NCBI GenBank assembly: GCA_964450465.1
Contig: CAYVDV010000001.1
Coordinates: 1 to 54,479 of the forward strand
Length of the DNA: 54,479 nucleotides
From: an uncultured Saprospiraceae bacterium
GTDB taxonomy: Bacteria; Bacteroidota; Bacteroidia; Chitinophagales; Saprospiraceae
Direction: 5' to 3'
Shown: positions 28,157 to 38,370 of the stretch, piece by piece
How the letters are laid out: every line of letters starts with the position of its first letter
How positions within the stretch are numbered: position 1 is the first letter of the stretch
Made by a program: the position numbers and the translations under genes
The notes under the pieces: generated by a model
Seen by the model: only the letters and a program-made list of their open reading frames with translations
What the model was told of the DNA's origin: nothing
The model's database searches: none

Positions 28157-30520
28157 ATGGGAGAGAAACAAATTAACTTAAAGCAAATATTGTTCAAGGG
28201 CCTGCGCTATTGGTACCTGTTTGTAATTGCCCTGGCCCTAACCCTGTCCGGAGCATACTTTTATCTTCAGTACACTATGCCGATCTATGAGTCGGAAGCC
28301 ATGCTGCTGATAAAGGACGATGAGAACTCCGGACAACCCAACGAGGAGATCTTCTTCACCGAACTGGGAATGGGTAAAAAGAACAAGACACTCGAAAATG
28401 AAACGCTGGTCCTGAAGTCCACGCCGCTCATGGCCGAAGTGGTCAAAAAACTCGAGCTCAACTACCAGTACACCAGCGTTGACGGGTTGAAAAAGCGCTA
28501 TCTGTACAAGGATTCGCCGATCCAGGTGGCCTCCTGGCATCCGATCAATGAATTTGCCAGCGTAGAAGGCATACTGACGGATAATGGTCGTGGCGGATAC
28601 CAGTTGGAAATCGAAAAGCAGACGTTCAACGGCGAATTTGGAAAGGAGATGGAATTGCCTATGGGTACGCTGACGCTTTCCCATAAACCCGGCGAGTATG
28701 CCAACACACAGATTGGACTGTCCATCGTTCCGGTTCGCGACATGGCCATCGCTTTGTCCGGCGACCTCAAGGTGGAGATCATGGGCGAATTGTCCAGCAC
28801 GCTGAAACTTTCCATCAAGGACCGTTCACCGGAACGCGCACGGGATATTATCAGCGAGTTGCTGGAAGTGTACAACGAGAACAGCGTTTCCATTAAAAAC
28901 CGCGCGTATGAAAATACGATCGAAATGGTGAATGAACGCATCCGCCTGATCGCGGAAAACCTCTCGGAAGCAGAACGCAACCTGGAAGCCTACCGGCGGA
29001 ATAACAGCATTGTGGAACTCGGCGCCGAAGGGACACAGCTCATGACGGAAATGTCTTCCTACAATAAAGAAGTCACCGCCAACGATGTCCAGCTCGAAAT
29101 CCTGAACTCTGTCGAGGCATTTCTGGTTAAAAACCGGAGCAATTTTGAGTTCGTCCCGACCAACCTGAACCTCAACAACCTGACCCTCTCCAACCAGCTC
29201 GAGCGCTTTAATCAATTATTGATCGAGCGCGAGAAGATGGAAAGTAACCTCGGACCGGCGCACCCGGACATTCTGCTTACGCAAAAGGAATTGCAAAACC
29301 TGCGGCAAACGATCATCGACAACATCCGCAGCATAAAGAACGACCTGATCATCGCCAGCAACGCCACCAAGGGCACCCGCTCCAACCTGGAGAGCCGCCT
29401 GTACAGCCTGCCCCGGCGTCAGCGCGAATTGCTGGAGATCGAGCGCCAGAAGGATGTAAAGGAAAACCTGTATTTGTACCTGTTGCAGAAACGGGAGGAA
29501 GCCGCCGTCTCACTGGCCGTCACGGCCGCCAAAGGCCGGCTTGTGGAACCCGCAGCAGCGGTTTACAACCCGCTCAGCCCCAAGCGATCGCAGATATGGC
29601 TAATCGCCCTGTTCCTGGGCTTTGCCCTGCCAATTGGCCTGATCTTCTTTTTCGAGAGCCTGAACGACAAAGTTCAATCGGAAAACGATATCACCAGCGA
29701 AACCGTCGTACCTATTGGGGGCACACTGGGATTGAGCGGCAGCTCGGAAAAAGTAGTGGTTCGGGAAAACACCCGGACGGCCATCGCCGAAATGTTCCGC
29801 CTCCTGCGCGCCAACCTGGCATACATCACACCCGGGCTACCCATGCGAAGCCTGCTGGTCACTTCCAGTACTTCCGGAGAAGGGAAATCCTTTATTGCCC
29901 TGAATTTGGGCATGAGCCTTGCACTTTCCGGAAAAAAAGTACTGATCCTGGAACTCGACCTGCGCAAACCCAAACAAGAGGTGTACATGAGCATAGAACC
30001 GGCGGAGGAAGGGATCGTCAACTACCTGATCGATACGAATATACCCGCTTCCCGGATCATCCGCAATACCGGCCTGCATCTCAATCTCGACTTCATAGGC
30101 AGTGGCCCTACCCCACCCAACCCGGGTGAGCTGATCCTCTCAACCCGCCTGCGGGAACTGCTGAGCGAAATGCGGGAGCGCTATGACTTTGTCATCCTCG
30201 ATGCCCCGCCGGTTGGCCGGGTAGCCGACGCCCTGCAAATGAAAGACCTGGCCGATGCAACCATGTATGTGGTTCGGACAAACTACACCCATAAAGGGCA
30301 ACTCCAGATCGTGGAAGATATCGCTCAAAAGGAAAAACTTCCGCACCCCTTTATCGTGCTCAACGGTGTTCCGGTCAATAAGCCGGGTTATGGAGGCAGT
30401 TATACCTATGGCTACGGATACGGCAGCAACGGCAGCGGGTACTACGATTCGGAAAAAAGCGCAAAAAGCAAAAACAAAAATAAAGTCAAACCCAAGGCCA
30501 AGGCCATTAATCTGAATTGA
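28157..30520 (+). CDS. wzc: Polysaccharide co-polymerase / tyrosine autokinase (Wzc/GumC-type, PCP-2a)
   Basis: The track start at 28130 is TTG; the ATG at 28157 gives MGEKQINLKQILFKGLRYWYLFVIALAL (TM1). Long coiled-coil periplasmic region, then a second TM (IWLIALFLGFALPIGLIFFF). Walker A SSTSGEGKSF. Walker B DFVILDAPPV. C-terminal Tyr cluster YGGSYTYGYGYGSNGSGYY followed by a Lys-rich tail. Confidence 0.9.
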   Translation: MGEKQINLKQILFKGLRYWYLFVIALALTLSGAYFYLQYTMPIYESEAMLLIKDDENSGQPNEEIFFTELGMGKKNKTLENETLVLKSTPLMAEVVKKLELNYQYTSVDGLKKRYLYKDSPIQVASWHPINEFASVEGILTDNGRGGYQLEIEKQTFNGEFGKEMELPMGTLTLSHKPGEYANTQIGLSIVPVRDMAIALSGDLKVEIMGELSSTLKLSIKDRSPERARDIISELLEVYNENSVSIKNRAYENTIEMVNERIRLIAENLSEAERNLEAYRRNNSIVELGAEGTQLMTEMSSYNKEVTANDVQLEILNSVEAFLVKNRSNFEFVPTNLNLNNLTLSNQLERFNQLLIEREKMESNLGPAHPDILLTQKELQNLRQTIIDNIRSIKNDLIIASNATKGTRSNLESRLYSLPRRQRELLEIERQKDVKENLYLYLLQKREEAAVSLAVTAAKGRLVEPAAAVYNPLSPKRSQIWLIALFLGFALPIGLIFFFESLNDKVQSENDITSETVVPIGGTLGLSGSSEKVVVRENTRTAIAEMFRLLRANLAYITPGLPMRSLLVTSSTSGEGKSFIALNLGMSLALSGKKVLILELDLRKPKQEVYMSIEPAEEGIVNYLIDTNIPASRIIRNTGLHLNLDFIGSGPTPPNPGELILSTRLRELLSEMRERYDFVILDAPPVGRVADALQMKDLADATMYVVRTNYTHKGQLQIVEDIAQKEKLPHPFIVLNGVPVNKPGYGGSYTYGYGYGSNGSGYYDSEKSAKSKNKNKVKPKAKAINLN

Positions 30521-30527
30521 ACGCCCA

Positions 30528-31988
30528 ATGTCAAAAAGCCTGAGTGAACGATCGCTGTCAGCCATTGTCTGGGTGTTGCTGGATAAGCTGGGCGGTAGCG
30601 TCATGAACTTTGTCGTGACGATCATACTCGCCCGGCTGCTTTCTCCGGAGGATTTTGGCGTGGTGGCTATGGTAATGGTGTTCTTTGAATTTTCATCTAT
30701 TTTCGTGGAAAGCGGGTTTTCGACCGCGCTGATCCGGGAAAAGACGATCTCCGAAGCGGACAAATCGACCACCTTTATCTTCAACCTGATCGCTTCGTTC
30801 ATCATGTACGGGGTGCTGTTTGTCAGCGCCCCGGCGATCGCCGCGTTCTTTGCCCAGCCTCTGCTGGTCTGGATCGTCCGGATCATGGGGCTTAGCCTGA
30901 TCATCAATGCGTTGTCGATCGTTCAGCGTACGATCCTGATCCAGCAAATCGACTTCAAGGCCATGACGATCGTGCGGTTTATCGCTGTAGCGGTTTCCGG
31001 CGGCGCCGCCGTGATCCTGGCCTACAGCGGCTGGGGGGTATGGAGCCTGGTGGTCCGTTTTGGGTTAATGGACCTGCTGAGCACTATTTTCCTGTGGTTT
31101 CTGAACCGCTGGTCTCCTTCATTTCAATTCAGCAAGGCCTCGTTCCACAAACTCTTCGGTTTCGGTTCGAAGATCCTGGCCGCGGCCATGCTCGACAAGT
31201 TCTACCTGCATATTTACAAACTGCTGATCGGGAAATTCTTTGCAGCCGCCACCCTTGGTTTTTATACCCAGGCGAACAACTTCACCAATATGGTGATCAA
31301 TACCTTGTTCCGGACGGTCCAGAATGTTACCTATCCGGTATTGTCGAAACTGCAGGACGATCAGGAAAAACTAAAGGCAGGCTACCGCAAAATACTGAAA
31401 CTGAGTTCCTTTATCATTATTCCGGCCATGGTTGTGCTGGGTGTGCTCGCCAAACCCATCATCGTCACCCTGGTTGGGGAAAAGTGGTTGCCCTCCGTAC
31501 CGATGCTCCAGCTGCTGTGCCTTTCCGGGCTCACTTATCATTTCAGCTCCATTAACCTGAACATGCTCCTGGTGCTCGGCCGCTCCGATCTGAGCCTGAA
31601 ACTGGAGGTGATCAAAAAAGTGAACATTACCCTGGCCATTGTGATCGGGCTCCAGTTTGGAATTTACGGGCTGATCATCGGAGAGGTCATTACCGCTTAT
31701 GTCAACCTCTTTATAAACGCCTACTATTCGCGCAAATTTCTGAATTACGCGCTGAACGACCAGTTTGTGGACGTACTGCCCACCATGGCCTTCAGCGCTC
31801 TGATCGGCGGTTTGCTGTTTTTCCTGAAGGATTATCCAATTTTTCCGGGCATCGGCTACATTATCCTGATCTCGGCGATCGGCGGCGGCATTTATCTGGC
31901 GCTTCACCTTCTGGCTAAAACCGAGGAAATGCAACTCCTCCGCCACATGATCATCCCCAAAACCCTGAAACTGATCACAAGAAGTTAA
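30528..31988 (+). CDS. wzx: Wzx-type oligosaccharide flippase (MOP/PST superfamily)
   Basis: 486 aa with about 12-14 TM spans. The N-terminal WVLLDKLGGSVMNFVVTIILARLLSPEDFG motif is typical of the polysaccharide biosynthesis protein family. Confidence 0.8.
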   Translation: MSKSLSERSLSAIVWVLLDKLGGSVMNFVVTIILARLLSPEDFGVVAMVMVFFEFSSIFVESGFSTALIREKTISEADKSTTFIFNLIASFIMYGVLFVSAPAIAAFFAQPLLVWIVRIMGLSLIINALSIVQRTILIQQIDFKAMTIVRFIAVAVSGGAAVILAYSGWGVWSLVVRFGLMDLLSTIFLWFLNRWSPSFQFSKASFHKLFGFGSKILAAAMLDKFYLHIYKLLIGKFFAAATLGFYTQANNFTNMVINTLFRTVQNVTYPVLSKLQDDQEKLKAGYRKILKLSSFIIIPAMVVLGVLAKPIIVTLVGEKWLPSVPMLQLLCLSGLTYHFSSINLNMLLVLGRSDLSLKLEVIKKVNITLAIVIGLQFGIYGLIIGEVITAYVNLFINAYYSRKFLNYALNDQFVDVLPTMAFSALIGGLLFFLKDYPIFPGIGYIILISAIGGGIYLALHLLAKTEEMQLLRHMIIPKTLKLITRS

Positions 31989-32002
31989 TATACCTTTTAA
32001 TC

Positions 32003-32998
32003 ATGAAAAAACAGGATATCCAGGATACGCCCCTGGTGAGCGTACTGATGCTGGCCTATAATGTCGGGCCCTATATCAGCGACGCGATTGAAGGGGTTTT
32101 GCGGCAGGATACCGGATTTGCCTTCGAACTGGTTATCGGGGAGGACTGCTCTACCGATAATACCAGGCAACTATGCGCCGCCTATGCGGAACAGTATCCC
32201 GGCAAAATTGTGCTGCCGCCCTCCGATACCAACCTGGGCATTGCCGGCAATGCCGCCCGCACGCTTCCCTGGTGCCGGGGCAAATACATTGCCGTATGCG
32301 ATGGCGACGATATTTGGACGGACCCGCACAAACTCCGCGAGCAGGTGCGGTTTCTGGAGCAAAACCCCGACTACGGCGTGTCCTATACCGATGTAGCCAC
32401 CATTTCCGAAAAGGGAACGCCCATTCCCGATCCGGAACACGATGCCTTGCGGCCTTTTTATGCGCAAGGCCAGGTCTTCACCCGCTTGCTGCGCGGCAAT
32501 TTCATCAACAATTCCACCGCGGTGTTCCGGCGCACCCTGATCGCCGACCACGAAATTGACCGGGACCGGAATTACTATATCCACGACTATCTGATGTGGC
32601 TGCATATCGCCATGCGCAGCAAAGTCCATTTCCTCAACGCGCCTACCACCGCCTACCGGAAACACTCCGGCGGCGTGACCAATTCGGAGTCCAAGGCCCG
32701 GAACAACAGCCTCAAACTCCGGAAAAGTATGTTCCGCATCCTTTCGGAATTTCGACAGCAACATACCGGAAACCTGGCCGAAGCAGAAAAAGCCGTTATC
32801 TTCCGCAAACTCCTGTCGCTGCTGTACCGAAACCCCGGCACGATGCAGGAAAAACTGGGGACATTCCGCTTGCTCTGGCATTACTTCCCCGGAATAGCGG
32901 GCTTGTGGTCTATCGCCGCGAACAAGATCCGGAAACGCTTGCCCCTTGCACGCAAAAACGATGAAATAATAACAAATCTGAAAGAATCCAACACATGA
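32003..32998 (+). CDS. Family 2 glycosyltransferase
   Basis: [24 protein letters not shown]...[13 protein letters not shown] and a DxD motif in VCDGDDIW. Confidence 0.85.
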   Translation: MKKQDIQDTPLVSVLMLAYNVGPYISDAIEGVLRQDTGFAFELVIGEDCSTDNTRQLCAAYAEQYPGKIVLPPSDTNLGIAGNAARTLPWCRGKYIAVCDGDDIWTDPHKLREQVRFLEQNPDYGVSYTDVATISEKGTPIPDPEHDALRPFYAQGQVFTRLLRGNFINNSTAVFRRTLIADHEIDRDRNYYIHDYLMWLHIAMRSKVHFLNAPTTAYRKHSGGVTNSESKARNNSLKLRKSMFRILSEFRQQHTGNLAEAEKAVIFRKLLSLLYRNPGTMQEKLGTFRLLWHYFPGIAGLWSIAANKIRKRLPLARKNDEIITNLKESNT

Positions 32999-33774
32999 AA
33001 GTTCTAATCCTGGCCGGAGGTTATGGTTCCCGCCTCAGTGAAGAAACCGGCGTTCGACCCAAACCGATGGTAGAGATCGGCGGCAAGCCCATTCTCTGGC
33101 ACATTATGAAGATTTACGCGCACTACGGGTTCGCCGACTTCATCATTCTATGTGGGTACAAAGCATACGTGATCAAGGAGTATTTCGCACAATATTTTCT
33201 GCACCACTCGGATGTGACCTTTGACCTGGCCAATAACAAAATGGAAGTGCACAACAATGTAAGCGAACCCTGGAAAGTCACCCTGCTTGATACCGGGCTG
33301 GACACTATGACCGGCGGGCGGGTGCTGCGGGCCAAACCCTTTCTCCAGCCGGATGAGCCCTTTATGCTGACCTATGGCGACGGGGTTTCCAATGTGGACA
33401 TTGGCGCTCTGGTCCGCTTCCACCAAAGCCACGGAAAAGCCATTACCATGACCGCTTCACAACCGGAAGGCCGATTTGGCGCCCTCGACATTCAGGACGG
33501 CGGTCAGGTGAGCAAATTCGTGGAAAAACCCAAAGGCGAAGGCGGCTGGATCAATGCCGGTTTCTTTGTCTGCGAACACAAGGTATTCGATTATATCACG
33601 GAGGGCGACGACACGATCTTCGAACGGAAACCCCTGGAAAAACTCGCTTCCGACGGCGAATTATTTTCGTATAAACACCAGGGCTTCTGGCACCCCATGG
33701 ATACCCTGCGCGATAAAATGACGCTCGACAAATTGTGGCAACAAGGCGAAGCAAAATGGAAACTTTGGCCTTAG
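32995..33774 (+). CDS. rfbF: Glucose-1-phosphate cytidylyltransferase
   Basis: [63 protein letters not shown] and [14 protein letters not shown] closely follow Salmonella RfbF as I recall it. ATGA overlap with the GT2 stop. Confidence 0.92.
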   Translation: MKVLILAGGYGSRLSEETGVRPKPMVEIGGKPILWHIMKIYAHYGFADFIILCGYKAYVIKEYFAQYFLHHSDVTFDLANNKMEVHNNVSEPWKVTLLDTGLDTMTGGRVLRAKPFLQPDEPFMLTYGDGVSNVDIGALVRFHQSHGKAITMTASQPEGRFGALDIQDGGQVSKFVEKPKGEGGWINAGFFVCEHKVFDYITEGDDTIFERKPLEKLASDGELFSYKHQGFWHPMDTLRDKMTLDKLWQQGEAKWKLWP

Positions 33775-33788
33775 CAGATCTGTAATAC

Positions 33789-34877
33789 ATGAACTTCTCT
33801 GTCTTTAAACATAAAAAAGTCCTCGTCACCGGCCATACCGGCTTTAAAGGCGCCTGGCTCAGCATCTGGTTGGAAACACTGGGCGCCGAAGTCGCCGGAC
33901 TTGCGCTCGATCCACGCAGCGACAAAGACGTATTCGTCCGGAGCGGAATTGGCCGCCGCATGCGGGATCACCGCGGGGATATCCGCGACCTCGAAACGGT
34001 CCTGCGCATATTTGCCGAAGAAAAACCGGATATCGTTTTTCACCTGGCCGCACAACCTCTGGTTCTGGACAGCTATACGGATCCCGTGGGAACCTTCGCC
34101 ACCAATACCCAGGGGACGGCCCATGTCCTCGAAGCGATTCGCCAAACGCCCTCCGTCCGGGCCGCAGTGATGGTCACGACCGATAAATGCTACGAAAACC
34201 AGGAATGGGTATATGGCTACCGCGAATCGGACCCCATGGGCGGGCACGACCCCTACAGCGCCAGCAAGGGGGCAGCCGAACTGGTCATCGCATCCTTCCG
34301 GCGTTCCTTTTTTTCCACCGAAAATACCGCCGCGATCGCCTCTGCACGAGCCGGCAATGTGATCGGCGGTGGCGATTGGTCGGATTTTCGCCTGGTACCC
34401 GATATTATCCGGGCCATCGAAAACGGTAAAACGCTGGAGATCCGAAGCCCTGCCGCCGTACGTCCCTGGCAGCATGTGGCGGAACCCCTCGGGGGCTACC
34501 TGATGCTGGCTGCCAAATTGCTGGAAGCCCCGGCGCGTTACGCCGGCGGCTGGAACTTCGGCCCGCTGCCCCACAGCGTTTTCTCTGTGGGTAAAGTCGT
34601 GGAGGCCTTTTTTCAGTATTTCCGCGACCAAACCGGCACTACGGCCAGCTGGCTGGACACATCCAACCCAAACCAACCACACGAAGCAGGCCTGCTGATG
34701 CTGGATATCAGCAAGGCCATCCAACAACTCGGCTGGAAACCGGTGCTGAATTTTGAAGAAACCGTGCGCCTCACAGCCGACTGGTATGTCCGGTACCCGC
34801 ACACCGATGTATTAACCCTTTGTCAGGAACAACTCAAACAATATCAGGAATTGTGGAAATCACGGAACGAAAACTAA
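33789..34877 (+). CDS. rfbG: CDP-glucose 4,6-dehydratase
   Basis: KKVLVTGHTGFKGAWLSIWLETLGAEV Rossmann motif. DKCYENQEW. YSASKGAAEL (YxxxK). Length and position directly after rfbF also fit. Confidence 0.9.
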   Translation: MNFSVFKHKKVLVTGHTGFKGAWLSIWLETLGAEVAGLALDPRSDKDVFVRSGIGRRMRDHRGDIRDLETVLRIFAEEKPDIVFHLAAQPLVLDSYTDPVGTFATNTQGTAHVLEAIRQTPSVRAAVMVTTDKCYENQEWVYGYRESDPMGGHDPYSASKGAAELVIASFRRSFFSTENTAAIASARAGNVIGGGDWSDFRLVPDIIRAIENGKTLEIRSPAAVRPWQHVAEPLGGYLMLAAKLLEAPARYAGGWNFGPLPHSVFSVGKVVEAFFQYFRDQTGTTASWLDTSNPNQPHEAGLLMLDISKAIQQLGWKPVLNFEETVRLTADWYVRYPHTDVLTLCQEQLKQYQELWKSRNEN

Positions 34878-35413
34878 ACGGTGTCTTCGAGATCCAACTC
34901 AGGCCCATCCGGGACGAACGCGGCTTTTTCATGCGCAGTTTCGATACTGCCCTGTTTGAAAAAGCCGGGCTTGCCCGCACCTGGCTTCAGGAAAACCACT
35001 CCCGCAGCGAACGGAAAGGCATCATTCGCGGCCTCCATTTTCAGTTTCCTCCCTTTGCCGAAACCAAACTGGTCCGCTGCATACGGGGCGCCGTGCTGGA
35101 TGTCTTTGTTGATTTAAGGCTAAACTCTCCTACCTTCGGGCAATGGGATGCGCTGGAACTCTCCGAAGAGAACAAAAAAATGGTGTTTATCCCGCGCGGA
35201 TTCGCACACGGCTTCTGCACCCTGACCCCGGAAAGCGAGGTGCTGTACAAGGTCGATAATGTGTATAACCGGGAACACGAAGGCGGTTTGCTCTGGTCGG
35301 ATCCCGATCTGGGTATCGACTGGCCTGAAACAAATCCCATCCTTTCGGAAAAGGATAACCGCAATATGACTTTCGCACAATTCGTCGAAACCCATCAATC
35401 CATCGCGCTCTGA
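34820..35413 (+). CDS. RmlC-like cupin sugar-nucleotide 3,5-epimerase family protein
   Basis: RDERGFFMRSF, IIRGLHFQ and FIPRGFAHGF are RmlC-family signatures. The track start at 34820 is TTG; an in-frame GTG at 34853 is an alternative. Either start overlaps the rfbG 3-prime end, by 58 or 25 nt. Confidence 0.75.
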   Translation: MSGTTQTISGIVEITERKLNGVFEIQLRPIRDERGFFMRSFDTALFEKAGLARTWLQENHSRSERKGIIRGLHFQFPPFAETKLVRCIRGAVLDVFVDLRLNSPTFGQWDALELSEENKKMVFIPRGFAHGFCTLTPESEVLYKVDNVYNREHEGGLLWSDPDLGIDWPETNPILSEKDNRNMTFAQFVETHQSIAL

Positions 35414-35443
35414 TCCAATCGTAAATCGTAAAGCATAAATCAT

Positions 35444-36586
35444 ATGAACGTCCGTCTATTCAAACCTTCCGTCGGAGAAGAGGAACTGCAAATGATCCGG
35501 GAAGCATTCGAACGCTCCTGGATTGGGCTGGGGCCCAACGTCAACCAGTTTGAACTGGAATGGCAACAATTCACCGGCTCGGCCATGGCCGTCGGAGTCA
35601 ACTCCGCAACTGCGGCCCTGCACCTTGCTCTTGCAGTGTTCCGGTTCCCCGAAGGGAAAAAAGTGCTGGTGCCTTCCCTGACGTTCGCCGCCACCGCCAC
35701 CGCTATTCTGTACAACCGCCTGGAACCCGTCTTCGTCGACAGCGACCCCGATACCCTGGGCATGGACCTGGCGGACCTGGAACGCAAATACGACAAAGAC
35801 TGCGTGGCGGTTATGCCGGTACACTATGCCGGGCATCCGGTGCCGATGGACCGGCTTATGCCCTGGGCACGCGAACGCGGCCTGAAAGTAATTGAAGACT
35901 GCGCACACACTGCCGGCGCCCTCTATCAGGGCAAAATGCTGGGCACCTGGGGCGACATCGGTTGTTACAGCTTTGAGGAGAAAAAACTCATGACTACCGG
36001 TGACGGCGGCATGATGGTGACCGACGATCCGGACCTGTTCCATGATGTAAAAGCGATGCGCTGGGTGGGGATCGACAAAGACAACTGGAAAACCGCACAG
36101 GCCTATACCACGGCCAACCGCGATGCCATGCACTGGTTTTACGAGATCGCCGTGCTGGGCTATAAGTACAATATGAATGACCTGGCGGCAGCCATTGGCC
36201 TGGCCCAGCTCAAAAAGTTGCCGGCCATGAGCGCGCATCGCTCGCGGGTGATCCGGCAATATCTCAATGGCCTTGAGGGCGTACCCGGAATAAGGCCCCT
36301 GCTTCCTTTTGAACCGGAGCAATACTGCTATCAAATGTTTGGGGTCCGCGCGGAACAACGGGACGAGCTGATGATCCATTTGAAATCCAAAGGGATTGCA
36401 ACCGGCTGTCATTACACACCGCTCAGCATCCAGCCCCTTTTCGCACCCTGGGGGCATACCTGTCCCTTCGTGGAGGCGGAACACGAACGGTTTGTCACGC
36501 TGCCGCTCCACGCTGACCTCACAGAAGAAGAGGTCAATTACGTCATCGACGGTATAAAAGTTTTCCATGCCCAAACTGTTGCCTGA
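35444..36586 (+). CDS. DegT/DnrJ/EryC1/StrS family PLP-dependent sugar aminotransferase
   Basis: Fold-type I sugar aminotransferase layout: NSATAALHLAL, VIEDCAHTAGA, and the predicted PLP-Lys region SFEEKKLMTTGDGGMM. Confidence 0.85.
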   Translation: MNVRLFKPSVGEEELQMIREAFERSWIGLGPNVNQFELEWQQFTGSAMAVGVNSATAALHLALAVFRFPEGKKVLVPSLTFAATATAILYNRLEPVFVDSDPDTLGMDLADLERKYDKDCVAVMPVHYAGHPVPMDRLMPWARERGLKVIEDCAHTAGALYQGKMLGTWGDIGCYSFEEKKLMTTGDGGMMVTDDPDLFHDVKAMRWVGIDKDNWKTAQAYTTANRDAMHWFYEIAVLGYKYNMNDLAAAIGLAQLKKLPAMSAHRSRVIRQYLNGLEGVPGIRPLLPFEPEQYCYQMFGVRAEQRDELMIHLKSKGIATGCHYTPLSIQPLFAPWGHTCPFVEAEHERFVTLPLHADLTEEEVNYVIDGIKVFHAQTVA

Positions 36587-37244
36587 ACTGATCGTCTGGG
36601 GCGGGACCGGCAATTTCAAGGTGTTGTGCGAACTACTGGAGGAAAGCTACTCTATCACCGGCTTCTTCGACAACAACCCTGCCCTGCCGCCTGAATACCG
36701 GGGTATTCCGCACCTCGGGAATCGCGATGCCTTTATGGCCTGGGCAGCCCGGCTGGGCGCAGCAAACAAACCCCATTTTATCGTGAGCATCGGACCCGGG
36801 CACGGCGGCGTACGGCTCTGGATCCACGAAGACTTGAAAAATCACGGCCTGCAACCCATCACAGCGGTACACCGAACGGCCTTTGTGGCCTCCAATGCCG
36901 TTCTGGGTGAGGGCAGCCAGGTGTATGCCAACGCTACGGTTTGCGTGGACGCGCAAATCGGCAAAGCCTGCATCATCAATACCCGCGCCTCGGTTGACCA
37001 CGAATGTGTGCTGGAAGACGGCGCCACGGTCGGGCCCGGCGCTACGCTGGCCGGACTCGTCCATGTCGGTAAAAACGTCGATATCTACACCGGGGCAATC
37101 ATTCTTCCCCGGGTGCGTATTGGAGCCGGCGCAGTGGTTGGCGCCGGGGCTGTAGTGCTGAATGATGTGCCGGACAACGCCATCGTCGTAGGCAATCCGG
37201 CCCGGATATTGCGCTACAAGGGCGACTCAAGCAGTAAAAAATAA
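36567..37244 (+). CDS. NeuD/PglD/VioB-type sugar N-acetyltransferase (N-terminal Rossmann-like domain plus left-handed beta-helix)
   Basis: LIVWGGTGNFKVLCELLEE N-domain. Hexapeptide repeats (VGPGATLAGLVHVGKNVDIYTGAIILPRVRIGAGAVVGAGAVV). 20-nt overlap with the aminotransferase gene. Confidence 0.8.
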   Translation: MPKLLPELIVWGGTGNFKVLCELLEESYSITGFFDNNPALPPEYRGIPHLGNRDAFMAWAARLGAANKPHFIVSIGPGHGGVRLWIHEDLKNHGLQPITAVHRTAFVASNAVLGEGSQVYANATVCVDAQIGKACIINTRASVDHECVLEDGATVGPGATLAGLVHVGKNVDIYTGAIILPRVRIGAGAVVGAGAVVLNDVPDNAIVVGNPARILRYKGDSSSKK

Positions 37245-37264
37245 TTTGGAAAAAACGTACGACT

Positions 37265-38308
37265 ATGAAGTGTCTTTTTCTGGCCCCCCTGCGATATCCT
37301 TTTATCAACTCTATCCTTTCGGGAATGGAGGCACAGGGCATGGAAATAAAAGCCGCCGATTATCAGGATTTTTTTTCCGCACGAACCAACCGCTGGTACA
37401 ACAATTACAGTGCCCTTCCCCGCAAGATCCGGAATACCTGGGAGGAACCGTATGTCAAAAAGGCCAATGCACGGTATCTGGAACTATTCCGCGAATTCAA
37501 ACCCGACTTGGTTTTTATCTATAACAACCAGTTGGTACTACCCGAATTACTGGAGGAGTTTCGGAAAACAGCCCGCATCGCTTTTATGCTGGGCGATAAC
37601 CCCTTGTACACCCCCACCAGCATTTATAACCTGCATATCCTGTTTTATGCCGATTACGTGATCAGCCCGGACAGCATGTGGCGCGACCAGCTGCTACAAT
37701 TGGGGGTAAAAAACGTCGTTTTCGATTGCTTCGGCTTTAATAGTGCCGTATATTACCCCATGGAAGTTGCGGAGGCGGAGCGGAAGCAGTACCAGTCTGA
37801 CCTTATTTATGTCGGAAGTGCCAGTAAAACGAACTGGGGATATAAACGGATCCTTTTTTTGAGTCTGTTTAAAAACCTGGATCTCAAGGCGTATATCAGC
37901 GGAAGCGGCATGGAGCGTTGGCACGCCTTTTTCCCGGGGGTGGATTCCAAGATCATTCCCCACGACCGCTTCGATGCCGGGTTTAATAATCTGGTATATA
38001 ATAGCAGCAAAATCGCCCCGGTAGAGTTGGTGCCCTCTCTGTTCAAGGGTATCCATGTGCGGGTATTTGATATCCTGGGTGCCGGCATACTTCCCTTGTG
38101 TGAGTACAGCAGCGATCTGTACACGGTTTTTGAGGGAATGGAGCTACCGGTTATAAAAAATTATCCGGAGGCCGAGGAAATGGCCCGGTTTTGGTTAGAT
38201 AACGAAGATAAAAGACGGGAGTGTGTGCAGGCCATGCGTCAGCGCGTTTTGGAACGCTACACCCCCCAAATGGTGATCCAACGGATGTCGGATCATCTTT
38301 TCCAATAA
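37265..38308 (+). CDS. CgeB-family / Glyco_trans_1_2-type glycosyltransferase-like protein
   Basis: DLIYVGS... and the C-terminal HVRVFDILGAGILPLCEYSSDLYTVF resemble the CgeB/DUF3880-type GT-B proteins I remember. Weak, memory-based assignment. Confidence 0.5.
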   Translation: MKCLFLAPLRYPFINSILSGMEAQGMEIKAADYQDFFSARTNRWYNNYSALPRKIRNTWEEPYVKKANARYLELFREFKPDLVFIYNNQLVLPELLEEFRKTARIAFMLGDNPLYTPTSIYNLHILFYADYVISPDSMWRDQLLQLGVKNVVFDCFGFNSAVYYPMEVAEAERKQYQSDLIYVGSASKTNWGYKRILFLSLFKNLDLKAYISGSGMERWHAFFPGVDSKIIPHDRFDAGFNNLVYNSSKIAPVELVPSLFKGIHVRVFDILGAGILPLCEYSSDLYTVFEGMELPVIKNYPEAEEMARFWLDNEDKRRECVQAMRQRVLERYTPQMVIQRMSDHLFQ

Positions 38309-38370
38309 TCCACACTCCCCCGCCCCAGCCCGGCTTTGGGTAATCATCCGCAAACCGATCGAACCGTATC

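Noticed and set aside
33771-36619. Two long minus-strand ORFs (33771-34802, 343 aa; 35456-36619, 387 aa)
   Set aside because: They are antisense to rfbG and the DegT aminotransferase, whose translations carry textbook motifs. The antisense products have no motifs and a skewed G/A/R/P composition.
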